From: an uncultured Pelagibacteraceae bacterium
GTDB lineage: Bacteria > Pseudomonadota > Alphaproteobacteria > Pelagibacterales > Pelagibacteraceae
DNA length: 64,000 bases
Assembly (NCBI GenBank): GCA_902516395.1
Contig: CABXYN010000003.1
Coordinates: forward strand, 13,355-77,354
Direction: 5' to 3'
Part shown: piece by piece, positions 8,981-18,835 of the stretch
How positions within the stretch are numbered: the first letter of the stretch is position 1
How the letters are laid out: each line of letters begins with the position of its first letter
The notes under the pieces: generated by a model
What the model saw: only the letters and a program-made list of their open reading frames with translations
The model's database searches: none
Told to the model about the DNA's origin: nothing
Made by a program: the position numbers and the translations under genes

Positions 8981-10561
8981 TTAATTCAAAATAAAGTCAG
9001 CAGCTCTCTCACCTATCATTAGAGTTGGTGCATTTAGATTTCCGCTTGTAATTTCTGGCATTACTGATGCATCTGCTACTCTTATATTCTGAAGACCATG
9101 AATTTTTAATTTTTCATCTACTACTGCCATATCGTCTATACCCATCTTTAAAGTACATGATGGGTGATATGCTGTTTCTGCTTTTGATCTTACATATTCT
9201 TCAATTTCCTCATCTGAATTTGCATTATCGCCTGGTCCAATTTCTTTACCTGCAAAAGGTTTCATAGAGTTCTGACATAAAATTTTTCTTGCTACTCGAA
9301 CACATTTTATCGTTTCTTTAAGATCATAATCATCCTCTAAATAATTAAATTGTATTTTTGGATAATCGTAAGGGTTTGAACTTTTCAAAGTAATTTTCCC
9401 TCTACTTTTAGGTTGGTTTAAACTTGCATGTAATTGGTATCCGTGTCTATCAGGATCTACTAAACCATGGTCTATTACAAATGCTGGGAAAAAATGAAAT
9501 TGTATATTTGGATATTTTTTATCTGGAGATGATTTACAGAATCCACCAGCTTCTAAAAACGAGGTAGAGCAGGGCCCACTTTTGTTTAAGAACCACTGAA
9601 TACCTACCTTTACCATATTAAATTTATTAACATATGAATATAATGTATCTGGAGTTTTACATTCTTGTTGAATATAGGTTTCTAAATGATCTTGTAAATT
9701 TTTTCCAACTCCTTTTGAATCATGAATAACCTCAATTCCTTTTTCTTTAAGATGATTGCCTGGACCAACACCTGATAACATTAATAATTGTGGAGAATTA
9801 ATTGATCCACCACTTAAAATAATTTCTTTATTTGCGTAAATAGTCTTTGTTTCATTTTTTATTTTAACTTGAATTCCAATAGCTTTTTTGCCATCAAAAA
9901 TAATCTTTTCTACAAATGACTCAGTAAATACTTTTAAATTTTCCCTGCTTTTAGCTGGTTTTAAATAGTATTTTGAAGCACTTGCTCTCTCTCCTTTATG
10001 AATAGTAACATCGTACATTCCAAAGCCTTCTTGGTCTTCTCCATTCATATCACTATTTATTTTATGTCCTGCCTCTTTAGCCGAGTCCAAAAAAGCTTTA
10101 AAAAGGGGATTTTTGTTATTTGATTGATTTACAGGCAATATACCTTTCCCACCTCTATAATTATTTTCTCCACCTGACCATGTCTCAATTTTTTTAAAAA
10201 AAGGTAAAACATTTTCGTAAGACCAATTTTTTAACCCAAATGAAGCCCATCTCTCATAATCATTTTTATTTCCTCTGACATAAACCATTCCATTATGCGC
10301 GGAACAACCACCAATCATCTTTCCCCTAGGACAAAATAATTTTCTATTGTTTAAGTGTGGCTCAGGTTCGGAATAATATTTATAATTATATTTTGGGTCA
10401 TGCATTGCATAAAGTATTGCAAGGGGCATGTTTACTTTCCATATATCACTATCTTTACCAGCTTCAAAAATTGCAACGTTATTTTTACTTTGTTCAGTTA
10501 GTCTATTAGCGAGAACACATCCTGCTGTACCTGCTCCAATTATTAAATAATCAAATTTCAA
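8981..10561 (-). CDS. betA: Choline dehydrogenase-like GMC oxidoreductase
   Basis: IIGAGTAGCVLANRLT, PRGKMIGGCS.HNGMVYVRG, GKNLQDHLE, TAYHPSCT, DASVMP...SGNLNAPT. Substrate assumed from context. Confidence 0.75.
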   Translation of the reverse strand: MKFDYLIIGAGTAGCVLANRLTEQSKNNVAIFEAGKDSDIWKVNMPLAILYAMHDPKYNYKYYSEPEPHLNNRKLFCPRGKMIGGCSAHNGMVYVRGNKNDYERWASFGLKNWSYENVLPFFKKIETWSGGENNYRGGKGILPVNQSNNKNPLFKAFLDSAKEAGHKINSDMNGEDQEGFGMYDVTIHKGERASASKYYLKPAKSRENLKVFTESFVEKIIFDGKKAIGIQVKIKNETKTIYANKEIILSGGSINSPQLLMLSGVGPGNHLKEKGIEVIHDSKGVGKNLQDHLETYIQQECKTPDTLYSYVNKFNMVKVGIQWFLNKSGPCSTSFLEAGGFCKSSPDKKYPNIQFHFFPAFVIDHGLVDPDRHGYQLHASLNQPKSRGKITLKSSNPYDYPKIQFNYLEDDYDLKETIKCVRVARKILCQNSMKPFAGKEIGPGDNANSDEEIEEYVRSKAETAYHPSCTLKMGIDDMAVVDEKLKIHGLQNIRVADASVMPEITSGNLNAPTLMIGERAADFILN

Positions 10562-10566
10562 GGTAT

Positions 10567-11400
10567 TTATTGTGGGTGGTCACCTTCAATAGCAATTCTA
10601 TCCATTACTCTTTCATATCCTAATCCTCTACCTGGATAAAAATCTGCAATTGCAAAGTGAATAACACTTCTATTATCCCATATACAGACTGTATTTTCAG
10701 TCCAGCTAAATCTACAGGTTAATTCAAGTCGTGCTTGGTGTTCAAATATTTTTTTTAAAACTTCGTCGCTTTCTTCCTGCTCAAGTCCAATTATTTTTTT
10801 TGTGTATGTCCAATTGACAAATAGAATTTTTTTTCCAGTCTCAGGATGTGTTCTTACTATTGGATGTTCATTGGAATATTCATCAAAATTTCTTTTTTCA
10901 TTTCCCTCCATTTTTTTATATTTTTCAATAAAAAATTCTGCCCCAAGAGAACTATGGATTGCTTTTTTATCTTTTATCTTTTTTTTTATATCTTCATCTA
11001 ATGTTTCCCATGCAAGCTCCATGTTTGCAAAGCATGTATCACCACCAACAGGAGGAATTTTAATTGATTTTAATATTACTGCTTTCGTTGGTTTTTCATT
11101 GTAACTAACATCACTATGCCAATTCTCACCCCATTGGTTTTTTTCGTCTTCTGCTTTAATTATTCTTACTATTTCGGGATGTTTACTTAATCCTTTTACA
11201 TATGCATGTGTTTCTAATGGTCCAAATTTTTCAGCTAAGGCTATATGTTGTTCAGCATTAATTTTTTGGTCTCTAAAGAAAATAACTTTGTGTTCTAACA
11301 ATAAATTATTAATTTCCTTGATGTTTTGAACAGATGTATCTTTAAGATCTATCCCTGTTATTTCTGCACCTAGTGCTCCTGACAAAAGTTTAATTTCCAT
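10567..11400 (-). CDS. TauD/TfdA family 2OG-dependent dioxygenase
   Basis: LGAEITGIDL, WHSDVSY, GGDT.FANM, HPIVRTHPETGKK, WDNRSVIH. Confidence 0.9.
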   Translation of the reverse strand: MEIKLLSGALGAEITGIDLKDTSVQNIKEINNLLLEHKVIFFRDQKINAEQHIALAEKFGPLETHAYVKGLSKHPEIVRIIKAEDEKNQWGENWHSDVSYNEKPTKAVILKSIKIPPVGGDTCFANMELAWETLDEDIKKKIKDKKAIHSSLGAEFFIEKYKKMEGNEKRNFDEYSNEHPIVRTHPETGKKILFVNWTYTKKIIGLEQEESDEVLKKIFEHQARLELTCRFSWTENTVCIWDNRSVIHFAIADFYPGRGLGYERVMDRIAIEGDHPQ

Positions 11401-11403
11401 AAC

Positions 11404-11871
11404 TTATTTTTTTAGCTTACCAGAAAACACTAAATTTTCTGAGTTAAAAGAAACCTTATTTTTATTTATAAAGTCATCCATTATTTGGATTTTATCTTGT
11501 TCAAATTCTGTCACCTTTCTTTTATCCAGATCAATATAAAGCGACAGGCTTTCAATAGTTGCAGCGAGTTTATTTGACTTCTTTTCATACATTTCGCATT
11601 TTAAATGTAATCTTTTTTTATCATGATCAAAGAAGGTGCAATAAACATCTACTTCATCATTTTCTTTCACTTCATTGTCATAGGTAGTTCTTGTATCTAC
11701 AACCATAGTACTTCTTTTATTAATTTGTGCATTTGAACCACCCATATGAAACTTATTAAGCATTGTTTCCCATGCTTGATCAAAAATTAGAACATAGTAT
11801 GCCATATTCATATGTTCATTGTAGTCTGTCCATTCCTTAATAACTTTTCTAGTGGCAAGATGAAATGACAT
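11404..11871 (-). CDS. Thioesterase (4HBT-like; CdhB/betainyl-CoA thioesterase-like)
   Basis: EWTDYNEHMNMAYY motif, typical of thioesterases associated with carnitine dehydrogenase clusters. Confidence 0.75.
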   Translation of the reverse strand: MSFHLATRKVIKEWTDYNEHMNMAYYVLIFDQAWETMLNKFHMGGSNAQINKRSTMVVDTRTTYDNEVKENDEVDVYCTFFDHDKKRLHLKCEMYEKKSNKLAATIESLSLYIDLDKRKVTEFEQDKIQIMDDFINKNKVSFNSENLVFSGKLKK

Positions 11872-11879
11872 AATTTAAT

Positions 11880-12740
11880 TTAAACTTTATTTATTTTATC
11901 TGCTATCAATATTTTCCTTTTCATTTCTCGAAGGACTGGTTTTTCTATAAGTTTACCGTCTATGACTACTAGACCTGTATTTGAATTATTAAATTCTTCT
12001 AAAATTTTTTTAGCCTTGATAATTTCATCTTGAGGTGGTGTAAATACTTCATTTAAAATTTTAATTTGTTTTGGATGAATAGAACCTTTTCCAGTAAAGC
12101 CTAAGTTTCTTACTTGTTCAGCCTCTTTCCTCATTCCTTCCATATTCTCTAAGTCTAAATAAGGTACATCTATTACATCTACACCAACACTTGCACCTGC
12201 ATGAACTAATTTAGATCTCGCATGGACAAGATTTTCCCATTTATTTTCAACTCTAAGCTCAGCTGCCATATCAACTCCACCAAAATATAGAGCAACTATT
12301 CTTTTACTGGCATGAGCAATATTATAAATATTTTCTAAAGCCTCATTTGTTTCCATTATTACATGAAGATCCGTATCTAAATTACAGTCTGTTAAAAGAT
12401 CATCTATAAACGTTATTTCATCTGGAGTTTTAACCTTCGGTAACATGATAGCCTTTAGATTTATTTTGCTAGATATGAAAGCTTCTAAATCTAAAAGACC
12501 AAACTTTGTTCTTTGATTATTTAATCTGACAACTAACTCTACATCATTTTTTACTTCTAGAGTTTTTAGAGCCTCTATAGTATTTTTTCTAGCTTCTGCT
12601 TTATCATTGATTGCTATCCCATCCTCTAATTCAATACAAACCATGTCTGCACCTGATGCAATTGCTTTAGGAAACATTTCTGGATGAAGTCCAGGTGTAA
12701 AAATAAAACTTCGTCTTACTTTTAATTTGTTCAAGTCCAT
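11880..12740 (-). CDS. CitE/HpcH family CoA-ester lyase (citramalyl/malyl-CoA lyase-like)
   Basis: RRSFIFTPG, ADMVCIELEDG, MET, GFTGKGSIHPKQI, DGKLIEKP. Confidence 0.85.
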   Translation of the reverse strand: MDLNKLKVRRSFIFTPGLHPEMFPKAIASGADMVCIELEDGIAINDKAEARKNTIEALKTLEVKNDVELVVRLNNQRTKFGLLDLEAFISSKINLKAIMLPKVKTPDEITFIDDLLTDCNLDTDLHVIMETNEALENIYNIAHASKRIVALYFGGVDMAAELRVENKWENLVHARSKLVHAGASVGVDVIDVPYLDLENMEGMRKEAEQVRNLGFTGKGSIHPKQIKILNEVFTPPQDEIIKAKKILEEFNNSNTGLVVIDGKLIEKPVLREMKRKILIADKINKV

Positions 12741-13472
12741 TTAATTTTTGTAATCAGGTTCTTCTTTATCTAAAATTAATCTTATTTGAGATAGGAATAG
12801 ATTTGCAAAATCAGTTGGAAAGTTTGCATGTTCTTCTGCAGTTTTCTCTGCAACTTCATGGCTCACCACATTAAGTTCTTGGTTTGTTGAAAGAGCTGTA
12901 AGATATGTTTGTGCCGCTCTTTCGAAATAATAAAGAGAATTAAAACCTTCAGCCACAGTTTCTCCTGTTGTTAAAATTCCATGATTTGCGAGTAACATGT
13001 GCTGTTTATTCCCAAGAGAATTCGCCATTTTATTGGATTCGTCCTCAAGTCCTAAGCCTCCAAATTCATTGTATGTAGATACTCTATTATAAAACATCAT
13101 CGTATTTTGATCGATTGGTTTCAAGACTGGGTCTTTTAGCGTAGAAAGAGCAGTTGCATATTTAGAATGGACATGAAAAATACATCTTGCGTGTGGAGCT
13201 TTTTCATGAATTGCACCATGGATATACAAAGCTGTCGGATCAATAACGTTTGGCTTATTCTTCAACTCATCTTTATTTTCTTTAGTTACTAAGATCAAAT
13301 CACTAGCCTTCATTCTACTAAAATGAATACCTGCTTTATTGCAGTAAAAATTAGATGTACCAGGTATGCATGCACTAAAATGGTTCGCAACACCCTCGTG
13401 CATATCAAGTCTAGCTGTCCATCTAAAAGTTGCAGCTAAATCCTTCTGTAATTCTGATATTTCCATTTGCAT
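12741..13472 (-). CDS. Class II aldolase/adducin family protein
   Basis: EGVANHFS, IHGAIH, HVHS and LANHG Zn-binding motifs. Confidence 0.85.
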   Translation of the reverse strand: MQMEISELQKDLAATFRWTARLDMHEGVANHFSACIPGTSNFYCNKAGIHFSRMKASDLILVTKENKDELKNKPNVIDPTALYIHGAIHEKAPHARCIFHVHSKYATALSTLKDPVLKPIDQNTMMFYNRVSTYNEFGGLGLEDESNKMANSLGNKQHMLLANHGILTTGETVAEGFNSLYYFERAAQTYLTALSTNQELNVVSHEVAEKTAEEHANFPTDFANLFLSQIRLILDKEEPDYKN

Positions 13473-13501
13473 GATTTTAAAATATAGTTGAAAAATAAAT
13501 T

Positions 13502-14389
13502 ATGAACAACAACGTTTTTGTATCATGTGCTGTAACAGGGTCAGGCGATACTGCTAGCAAACACCCTGACTTACCAAAAACTCCAGAACAAATAGCTAAA
13601 TCAGCAATAGAGGCAGCAAAAGCTGGAGCAGCAATTGCACATATTCATGTTAGAGAAGAAGATGGAACACCAAGTAGAAGGTTGGAATTATATAAAGAGG
13701 TAGTTGATAGAATTAGATCAAGTGAAACTGATGTAATTATAAACTTAACTACTGGGATGGGTGGAGATTTGGACATAGGACAAGGAAAAAACCCATTAGA
13801 TTTTGGCCCTATGACAGACATGGCAAATGTTATGGAAAGAATAGCTAATGCAGAACAATTTTTACCAGAAATTTGCACATTAGATGCTGGAACATTAAAC
13901 TTTGGTGATGGTTCAGTCATTACAGTCAATACTCCTAATGATTTAAGAAAAGCTGCAAAAAAATTACAGGAAATTAAAGTTAAACCAGAGATAGAGGCAT
14001 TTGATTTAGGAAATATGTGGTTTGGCTCTCAATTATATAAAGAAGGTTTGTTAGATGATCCTCCAATGTTTCAAATGTGTTTAGGTATTCCTTGGGGAGC
14101 TCCAGCTACTCCGTTAGCAATGCAAGCAATGAAAGATATAATGCCAGAACAAGGAGTGTGGTCAGGCTTTGCAATATCAAAAAATGAAATGCCTTTTGTA
14201 GCACAAACAGTTGTTATGGGTGGAAACCCAAGAGTTGGTTTAGAAGATAATTTGTATATATCAAAAGGTAAACTTGCAACCAATGCTCAGTTAGTTGAAA
14301 AAGCGATCAGAATTGTAACAGATCTTGGTGCATCAATAATGACTGCAGAAGAAACAAGGAAAAAATTAAAGCTTGTTAAACACAAGTAA
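13502..14389 (+). CDS. Beta-keto acid cleavage enzyme (BKACE/DUF849; dehydrocarnitine cleavage, CdhC-like)
   Basis: CAVTG, AGAAIAHIHVR, NLTTGMGGD, TLDAGTLNFG, RVGLEDN; translationally coupled to carnitine dehydrogenase. Confidence 0.85.
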   Translation: MNNNVFVSCAVTGSGDTASKHPDLPKTPEQIAKSAIEAAKAGAAIAHIHVREEDGTPSRRLELYKEVVDRIRSSETDVIINLTTGMGGDLDIGQGKNPLDFGPMTDMANVMERIANAEQFLPEICTLDAGTLNFGDGSVITVNTPNDLRKAAKKLQEIKVKPEIEAFDLGNMWFGSQLYKEGLLDDPPMFQMCLGIPWGAPATPLAMQAMKDIMPEQGVWSGFAISKNEMPFVAQTVVMGGNPRVGLEDNLYISKGKLATNAQLVEKAIRIVTDLGASIMTAEETRKKLKLVKHK

Positions 14390-15333
14390 TGTCCAAAATT
14401 AAAAAAGTTGCAGTAATTGGGACAGGAGTAATTGGAGTAGGGTGGACAATAAGACTCTTAGCTCACAACATAAAAGTTTTAGCATACGATAAAAATTTAA
14501 TTCAAAGGAATAGCTTAATCAAAGAAATAAAAAGAGCCATACCATTTGTAAAAAAATTATTTAATAAAAAAAAAATAAATTTAAATAATTTAAAATTTTT
14601 TTCTTCATTAGAGAGTGCTGTTAAAGATGCAGACCTAATTCAGGAATGTGCTCCTGAAAACTATAAACTTAAAACTCAATTAATAAGTAAAATTTCAAAT
14701 AATTGTAAACCTGAGGTCTTGATATCTTCTAGCTCATCTGGATTATTACCCTCAAGAATTTTTTCAAAATGTAAAAATAATAAAAGAGGTATCATTGCCC
14801 ATCCGTTTAATCCTGTTTATTTACTACCTTTAGTTGAAATAGTACCAGGAAAAAAAACTAATTCTAAATCATTAAATGTGGCAAATAAATTTTATAAATC
14901 AATCTCAATGAACCCAATTATACTTAAAAAGGAGCTACCAGGCTATCTATCTGATAGACTTCAAGAAGCTTTATGGAGAGAAGCACTTCATATTATAAAT
15001 GAAGGGTATGCTTCAACAGAGGATTTAGATAGAGCTATTGAGGACGGTCCAGGCTTAAGATACTCATTAATGGGAACATTCTTAACTTTTCATTTAGCAG
15101 GAGGAAAAGCCGGAATGAAACATATGCTTGAACAATTTGGGCCCGCATTAAAACTCCCATGGACTAAGCTTAAAGCACCAAAATTATCAAAAAAACTCTC
15201 AGAAAGATTGATTTCTGGTACAAAAAAGCAAGCAAAAGGAAAGTCAATCAATCAATTATCAAATATAAGAGATGAGTACTTAGTCAACTTACAAAACCTT
15301 AGAAAAAAATATGAAAATAAAATTAGAAAATAG
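14389..15333 (+). CDS. lcdH: L-carnitine 3-dehydrogenase (3-hydroxyacyl-CoA dehydrogenase family)
   Basis: GTGVIG.GW, SSSSGLLPS, HPFNPVYLLPLVE, DRLQEALWREALH, GPGLR, QFGPALKLPWTKL; these are carnitine dehydrogenase signatures. Confidence 0.85.
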   Translation: MSKIKKVAVIGTGVIGVGWTIRLLAHNIKVLAYDKNLIQRNSLIKEIKRAIPFVKKLFNKKKINLNNLKFFSSLESAVKDADLIQECAPENYKLKTQLISKISNNCKPEVLISSSSSGLLPSRIFSKCKNNKRGIIAHPFNPVYLLPLVEIVPGKKTNSKSLNVANKFYKSISMNPIILKKELPGYLSDRLQEALWREALHIINEGYASTEDLDRAIEDGPGLRYSLMGTFLTFHLAGGKAGMKHMLEQFGPALKLPWTKLKAPKLSKKLSERLISGTKKQAKGKSINQLSNIRDEYLVNLQNLRKKYENKIRK

Positions 15334-15368
15334 ATATCTAAAAAAACTTAAAATGGTAATTTAGTTGT

Positions 15369-16403
15369 ATGGATTTTAATCATTTTTTAACAAGTTACAT
15401 GCCAGATACAAGCATTGGTTCAAGGCAACATTTTAAAAATATGCTTGAAGAATGTGTTACTGCTGAAAAGCTTGGTTATGCAACGGTATCAATACCAGAG
15501 CATCATTTAATAAACTTACTAATGATGCCATCACCATTGCAGATGGCTGTAAAAATTGCATCAGTTACAAAAAATATTAAAATAACAACAGGTATAGTTG
15601 TTTTGCCTCTACACGACATGAGAACATATGCTGGTGAAGTAGCTACTGCCGATATTTTAACTGATGGAAGATTAATTTTAGGTGTAGGAAGAGGAGCATT
15701 TCCGTGGGAAATGAAAAGACTAGGCACACCAATAGAACAATCGAAAGAAAAATTTGTAGAGTCTCTAGAGGTTCTACAATTGTTATTAAAAAATAAAGAA
15801 GTTTCATATAAAGGAAAATACTATGACTTCGAACCGTTAACTATAATGCCTCGACCCATAAGCAATCCAATACCAATGATGGTTGCTGCAATGAATTTAG
15901 AAAGTATAAATGATGCAGCTTCAAGAGGATTTCATGTTCAATCAACAGTATTATCAGGAACAAAAGATCTTTTATTAAATAGAGTTAATGCATTTAAAGA
16001 AGGTTGCATTCAACTAGGTGAAAAAGGTAAGTTACTTAAACTTTCAATGCAACGAATGGCTTACTTAGCAAAAGATGAAAATGAAGCTAGAGAGAAAACA
16101 AAACTTGCTTACGAATATTACAAAAGATTTGATAATATGTTTACAGGACCAGGCAAGGTAAAAGAGGGTAATATTGAAGCTTTACCAAGAAAACAAACTT
16201 TAGAAGAACTAAAACAAAATCTTTTAATTTGCCCTTTAAATGAAATGATTGATAAACTTAGCGTTTATGCTGAAGCAGGAGTTGATGAGGTAATTCTTAG
16301 TTCAAGTTTTGGACAATCACAAGAAGACCTAATAGAGTCAATGTATAGAATTGGTGAAAACGTAATCCCATATTTTAAAAAATCTAATATACAAGTAGCT
16401 TAA
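15369..16403 (+). CDS. Luciferase-like flavin monooxygenase (TgnB/homarine oxygenase-like candidate)
   Basis: IPEHH, AGEVATADILTDGRLILGVGRGAF.WE; pattern resembles TgnB (AGEAAMTDIISNGRLDIGIARGAYSFE as recalled). Confidence 0.8.
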   Translation: MDFNHFLTSYMPDTSIGSRQHFKNMLEECVTAEKLGYATVSIPEHHLINLLMMPSPLQMAVKIASVTKNIKITTGIVVLPLHDMRTYAGEVATADILTDGRLILGVGRGAFPWEMKRLGTPIEQSKEKFVESLEVLQLLLKNKEVSYKGKYYDFEPLTIMPRPISNPIPMMVAAMNLESINDAASRGFHVQSTVLSGTKDLLLNRVNAFKEGCIQLGEKGKLLKLSMQRMAYLAKDENEAREKTKLAYEYYKRFDNMFTGPGKVKEGNIEALPRKQTLEELKQNLLICPLNEMIDKLSVYAEAGVDEVILSSSFGQSQEDLIESMYRIGENVIPYFKKSNIQVA

Positions 16404-16409
16404 ATATCT

Positions 16410-17180
16410 ATGAGCATCATAGATTGCAATTACTCAGTTACAGGTTCAGGACCGGCAATATTTTTAACTCATGGAGTTGGAGGTGCAGAAGATGCATGGA
16501 GATTTATAACTCCAAAACTTAAAAGTATGTTTACAGTAGTGACATACGATTTAAGAGGGCATGGAAAATCACCTGTAGATAATAAAGATTTTAATTTAGA
16601 TGACCTTGTATTAGATCTAGAAAGAGTAAGAGAAAAGACAAACATCCAAAAAGCCCATTTTATGGGACATTCTTTAGGGGGCATGATTGCCCCTGCTTAT
16701 GCTAAAAAGTTTCCTGAAAGAGTTTTGTCAGTAGGTTTATTGTCAACAGTTGCAGGAAGATCTGATGAAGATAAACAAAAAGTGTGGAATGTCATTTCAG
16801 ATCTAAAAAATAAGGGAGTTGAACAAACATTAAATAATCTGACCAACAGATGGTTTACAGACGATTTTATTGAAAAAAATCCGGACCTAGTATCCAGAAG
16901 ATTAAAACAGGTAATAGATACTGATAAAGATGTGTTTATAAATGTTTTTAAAATTTATGCAGAAACTGAGATGATCTCTTGGTTAAAAGATATAAAGAAA
17001 CCCTGTCTATTTATGACAGGAGAAAATGATGGTGGATGTACTCCTTCTCATAACAAAAAAATGTCAAACGAGGTAAAAGATTCTAAATTAGTTATTATAC
17101 CAGAGGTAAAACACTCTTTTTTGATAGAGGCCCCTGAACAAATAGTAAATAACTTAATAGAATTTATTGAAAATATTTAA
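16410..17180 (+). CDS. Alpha/beta hydrolase (PcaD/TgnD-like)
   Basis: HGVG, YDLRGHG, GHSLGG, GENDGGCTP, KHS. Confidence 0.85.
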   Translation: MSIIDCNYSVTGSGPAIFLTHGVGGAEDAWRFITPKLKSMFTVVTYDLRGHGKSPVDNKDFNLDDLVLDLERVREKTNIQKAHFMGHSLGGMIAPAYAKKFPERVLSVGLLSTVAGRSDEDKQKVWNVISDLKNKGVEQTLNNLTNRWFTDDFIEKNPDLVSRRLKQVIDTDKDVFINVFKIYAETEMISWLKDIKKPCLFMTGENDGGCTPSHNKKMSNEVKDSKLVIIPEVKHSFLIEAPEQIVNNLIEFIENI

Positions 17181-17184
17181 AGCT

Positions 17185-17970
17185 CTAATGCATTCTTAAA
17201 GTATTCCCATCAACGCCAACTATTTGTCCAGAAATTCTAGAAGACTCATCGGATATTAAATAGCAACACATTTTACCAATATCTTTCTCATAAACCCAAG
17301 TATTCAGAGAAGTCATAGAAACAAATTCACTCTCCACAGCTTTTTTTGAAATTTTTAAAAATTTAGCTTTGTCTCTAATAACTCTTCCCATTCTATCCCC
17401 TTTTACAGTTCCTGGGCAAATTGCGTTTACTCTAACTTTAAACTTTCCTAATTCCATTGCTAAAGTTTTTGTCATTCCAACTACCGCCCACTTACTTGCT
17501 GAGTATGGAGACCTTAATGGAAATCCAAATATACCTGCTGTAGAGGATAGATTAACTATTGAGCCACCTTTATTTTTTTTTAACATTGGGATTGCTAATT
17601 TTGAAAAAATAAAATGACTAATTACATTTATCTTTAAAGTTTGTTCCCAATCCTTTGTTTTAAGTTTATCCATAGTTCCTGTTGGCCCTGCAACCCCAAC
17701 ATTATTAATTAGTGCATCAATCTTTTGTGTTTTTTTTTTAATTTCTTTAAAAAAATTTATTACATCATTTTCATTTGAGGCATCGCAATGAAAAGAAAAT
17801 AATCTTTTATTATTCAAAGAATTTTTCTTTAATTTATTTATAGATTTTTTATCAACATCACAAACAAAAACCTTCGCACCTTTTTCAAGACACTCTTTTG
17901 CTGTTGCCCATCCAATTCCTGAGGCTCCAGCAGAAATAATTATTTTTTTATTTTTAAAATTGTATGACAT
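17185..17970 (-). CDS. Short-chain dehydrogenase/reductase
   Basis: SAGASGIG, NNVG, YSASK, VNAICPG. Confidence 0.9.
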   Translation of the reverse strand: MSYNFKNKKIIISAGASGIGWATAKECLEKGAKVFVCDVDKKSINKLKKNSLNNKRLFSFHCDASNENDVINFFKEIKKKTQKIDALINNVGVAGPTGTMDKLKTKDWEQTLKINVISHFIFSKLAIPMLKKNKGGSIVNLSSTAGIFGFPLRSPYSASKWAVVGMTKTLAMELGKFKVRVNAICPGTVKGDRMGRVIRDKAKFLKISKKAVESEFVSMTSLNTWVYEKDIGKMCCYLISDESSRISGQIVGVDGNTLRMH

Positions 17971-18821
17971 TAATCTGTTAATCCGTCAGATCTAACTTTA
18001 TTTCTTTCTAAATGTATGGGCAATACTTTTCCATAAATTGCTTTTGAATGTTCAGGTGTATTTACCCTCCATGGATCTAATACATACGCAGGTATGCACA
18101 TAAAACGTGACGTTTTTCCTATAACTTTAGTAACTCTATGCATGGTAAATCTACCTTTAAATATTTGTAAATCACCAGGTTCAAGTTCAAGTCGTTTTAC
18201 TCTTGATTGATCTCCATCTAGTACTTTCTTCACCTCATCAAATTTTTCGTTACCGGGTTCTCTTATGTTAGGACAATATTCAAATATTCCACCATTTTCA
18301 GGTTTTTGGATCATTAGGCTTAAAGTAAATTCACAACTGTCAAAATGCCAAGGTAATATTCCATCAGGTTCCATAACATTATATGCATGACAGGCTAAAG
18401 GATCAGCCCATCTATATATAGGCGCAATACCTAAGCAAGCAGATACAAATTTTAATAATTCTTCGGTTTCATATAAAAATTTCATTTCAGAATTTTTTGC
18501 AAAACAATCTGAATTTAAATATCCATTAAATCTATCCATAAATATTCTTTTTGGGTGATCTTTGGGAAGAGTAGGGTCGTCTTTTGCATAAAGGTATGCG
18601 TTGATACTTTCTTTAGACATATAAACTTCATTAAGCTGTTGCTCTAATTCTTTCTTCATTACATTTAAAGAATTCGGTAAAATAAAATTAGGAATTACTG
18701 AACAGCTATCACTGTCTAATTCAGTTTTACATTTTTCAATAATTTTCTTAATCTTTGGTGAGTGTAAATCGTGAATTGGATATTTATCTAAATCAACAAT
18801 ATTTCTTAAGTTTTTTTTCAT
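17970..18821 (-). CDS. BesD/HalD/ArpA-like 2OG-Fe(II) oxygenase (hydroxylase-type HxD)
   Basis: WHFD..EF..SL.IQ.P..GG.FEY.PNIR, PGDLQIFKGRFTMHRVT. Confidence 0.75.
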   Translation of the reverse strand: MKKNLRNIVDLDKYPIHDLHSPKIKKIIEKCKTELDSDSCSVIPNFILPNSLNVMKKELEQQLNEVYMSKESINAYLYAKDDPTLPKDHPKRIFMDRFNGYLNSDCFAKNSEMKFLYETEELLKFVSACLGIAPIYRWADPLACHAYNVMEPDGILPWHFDSCEFTLSLMIQKPENGGIFEYCPNIREPGNEKFDEVKKVLDGDQSRVKRLELEPGDLQIFKGRFTMHRVTKVIGKTSRFMCIPAYVLDPWRVNTPEHSKAIYGKVLPIHLERNKVRSDGLTD

Positions 18822-18835
18822 AACTGTGTAACTAA

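Noticed and set aside
17970-18821. Possible radical halogenase / natural-product biosynthesis gene
   Set aside because: The facial triad is HxD (hydroxylase type) and the context is catabolic, with no biosynthetic scaffold genes.
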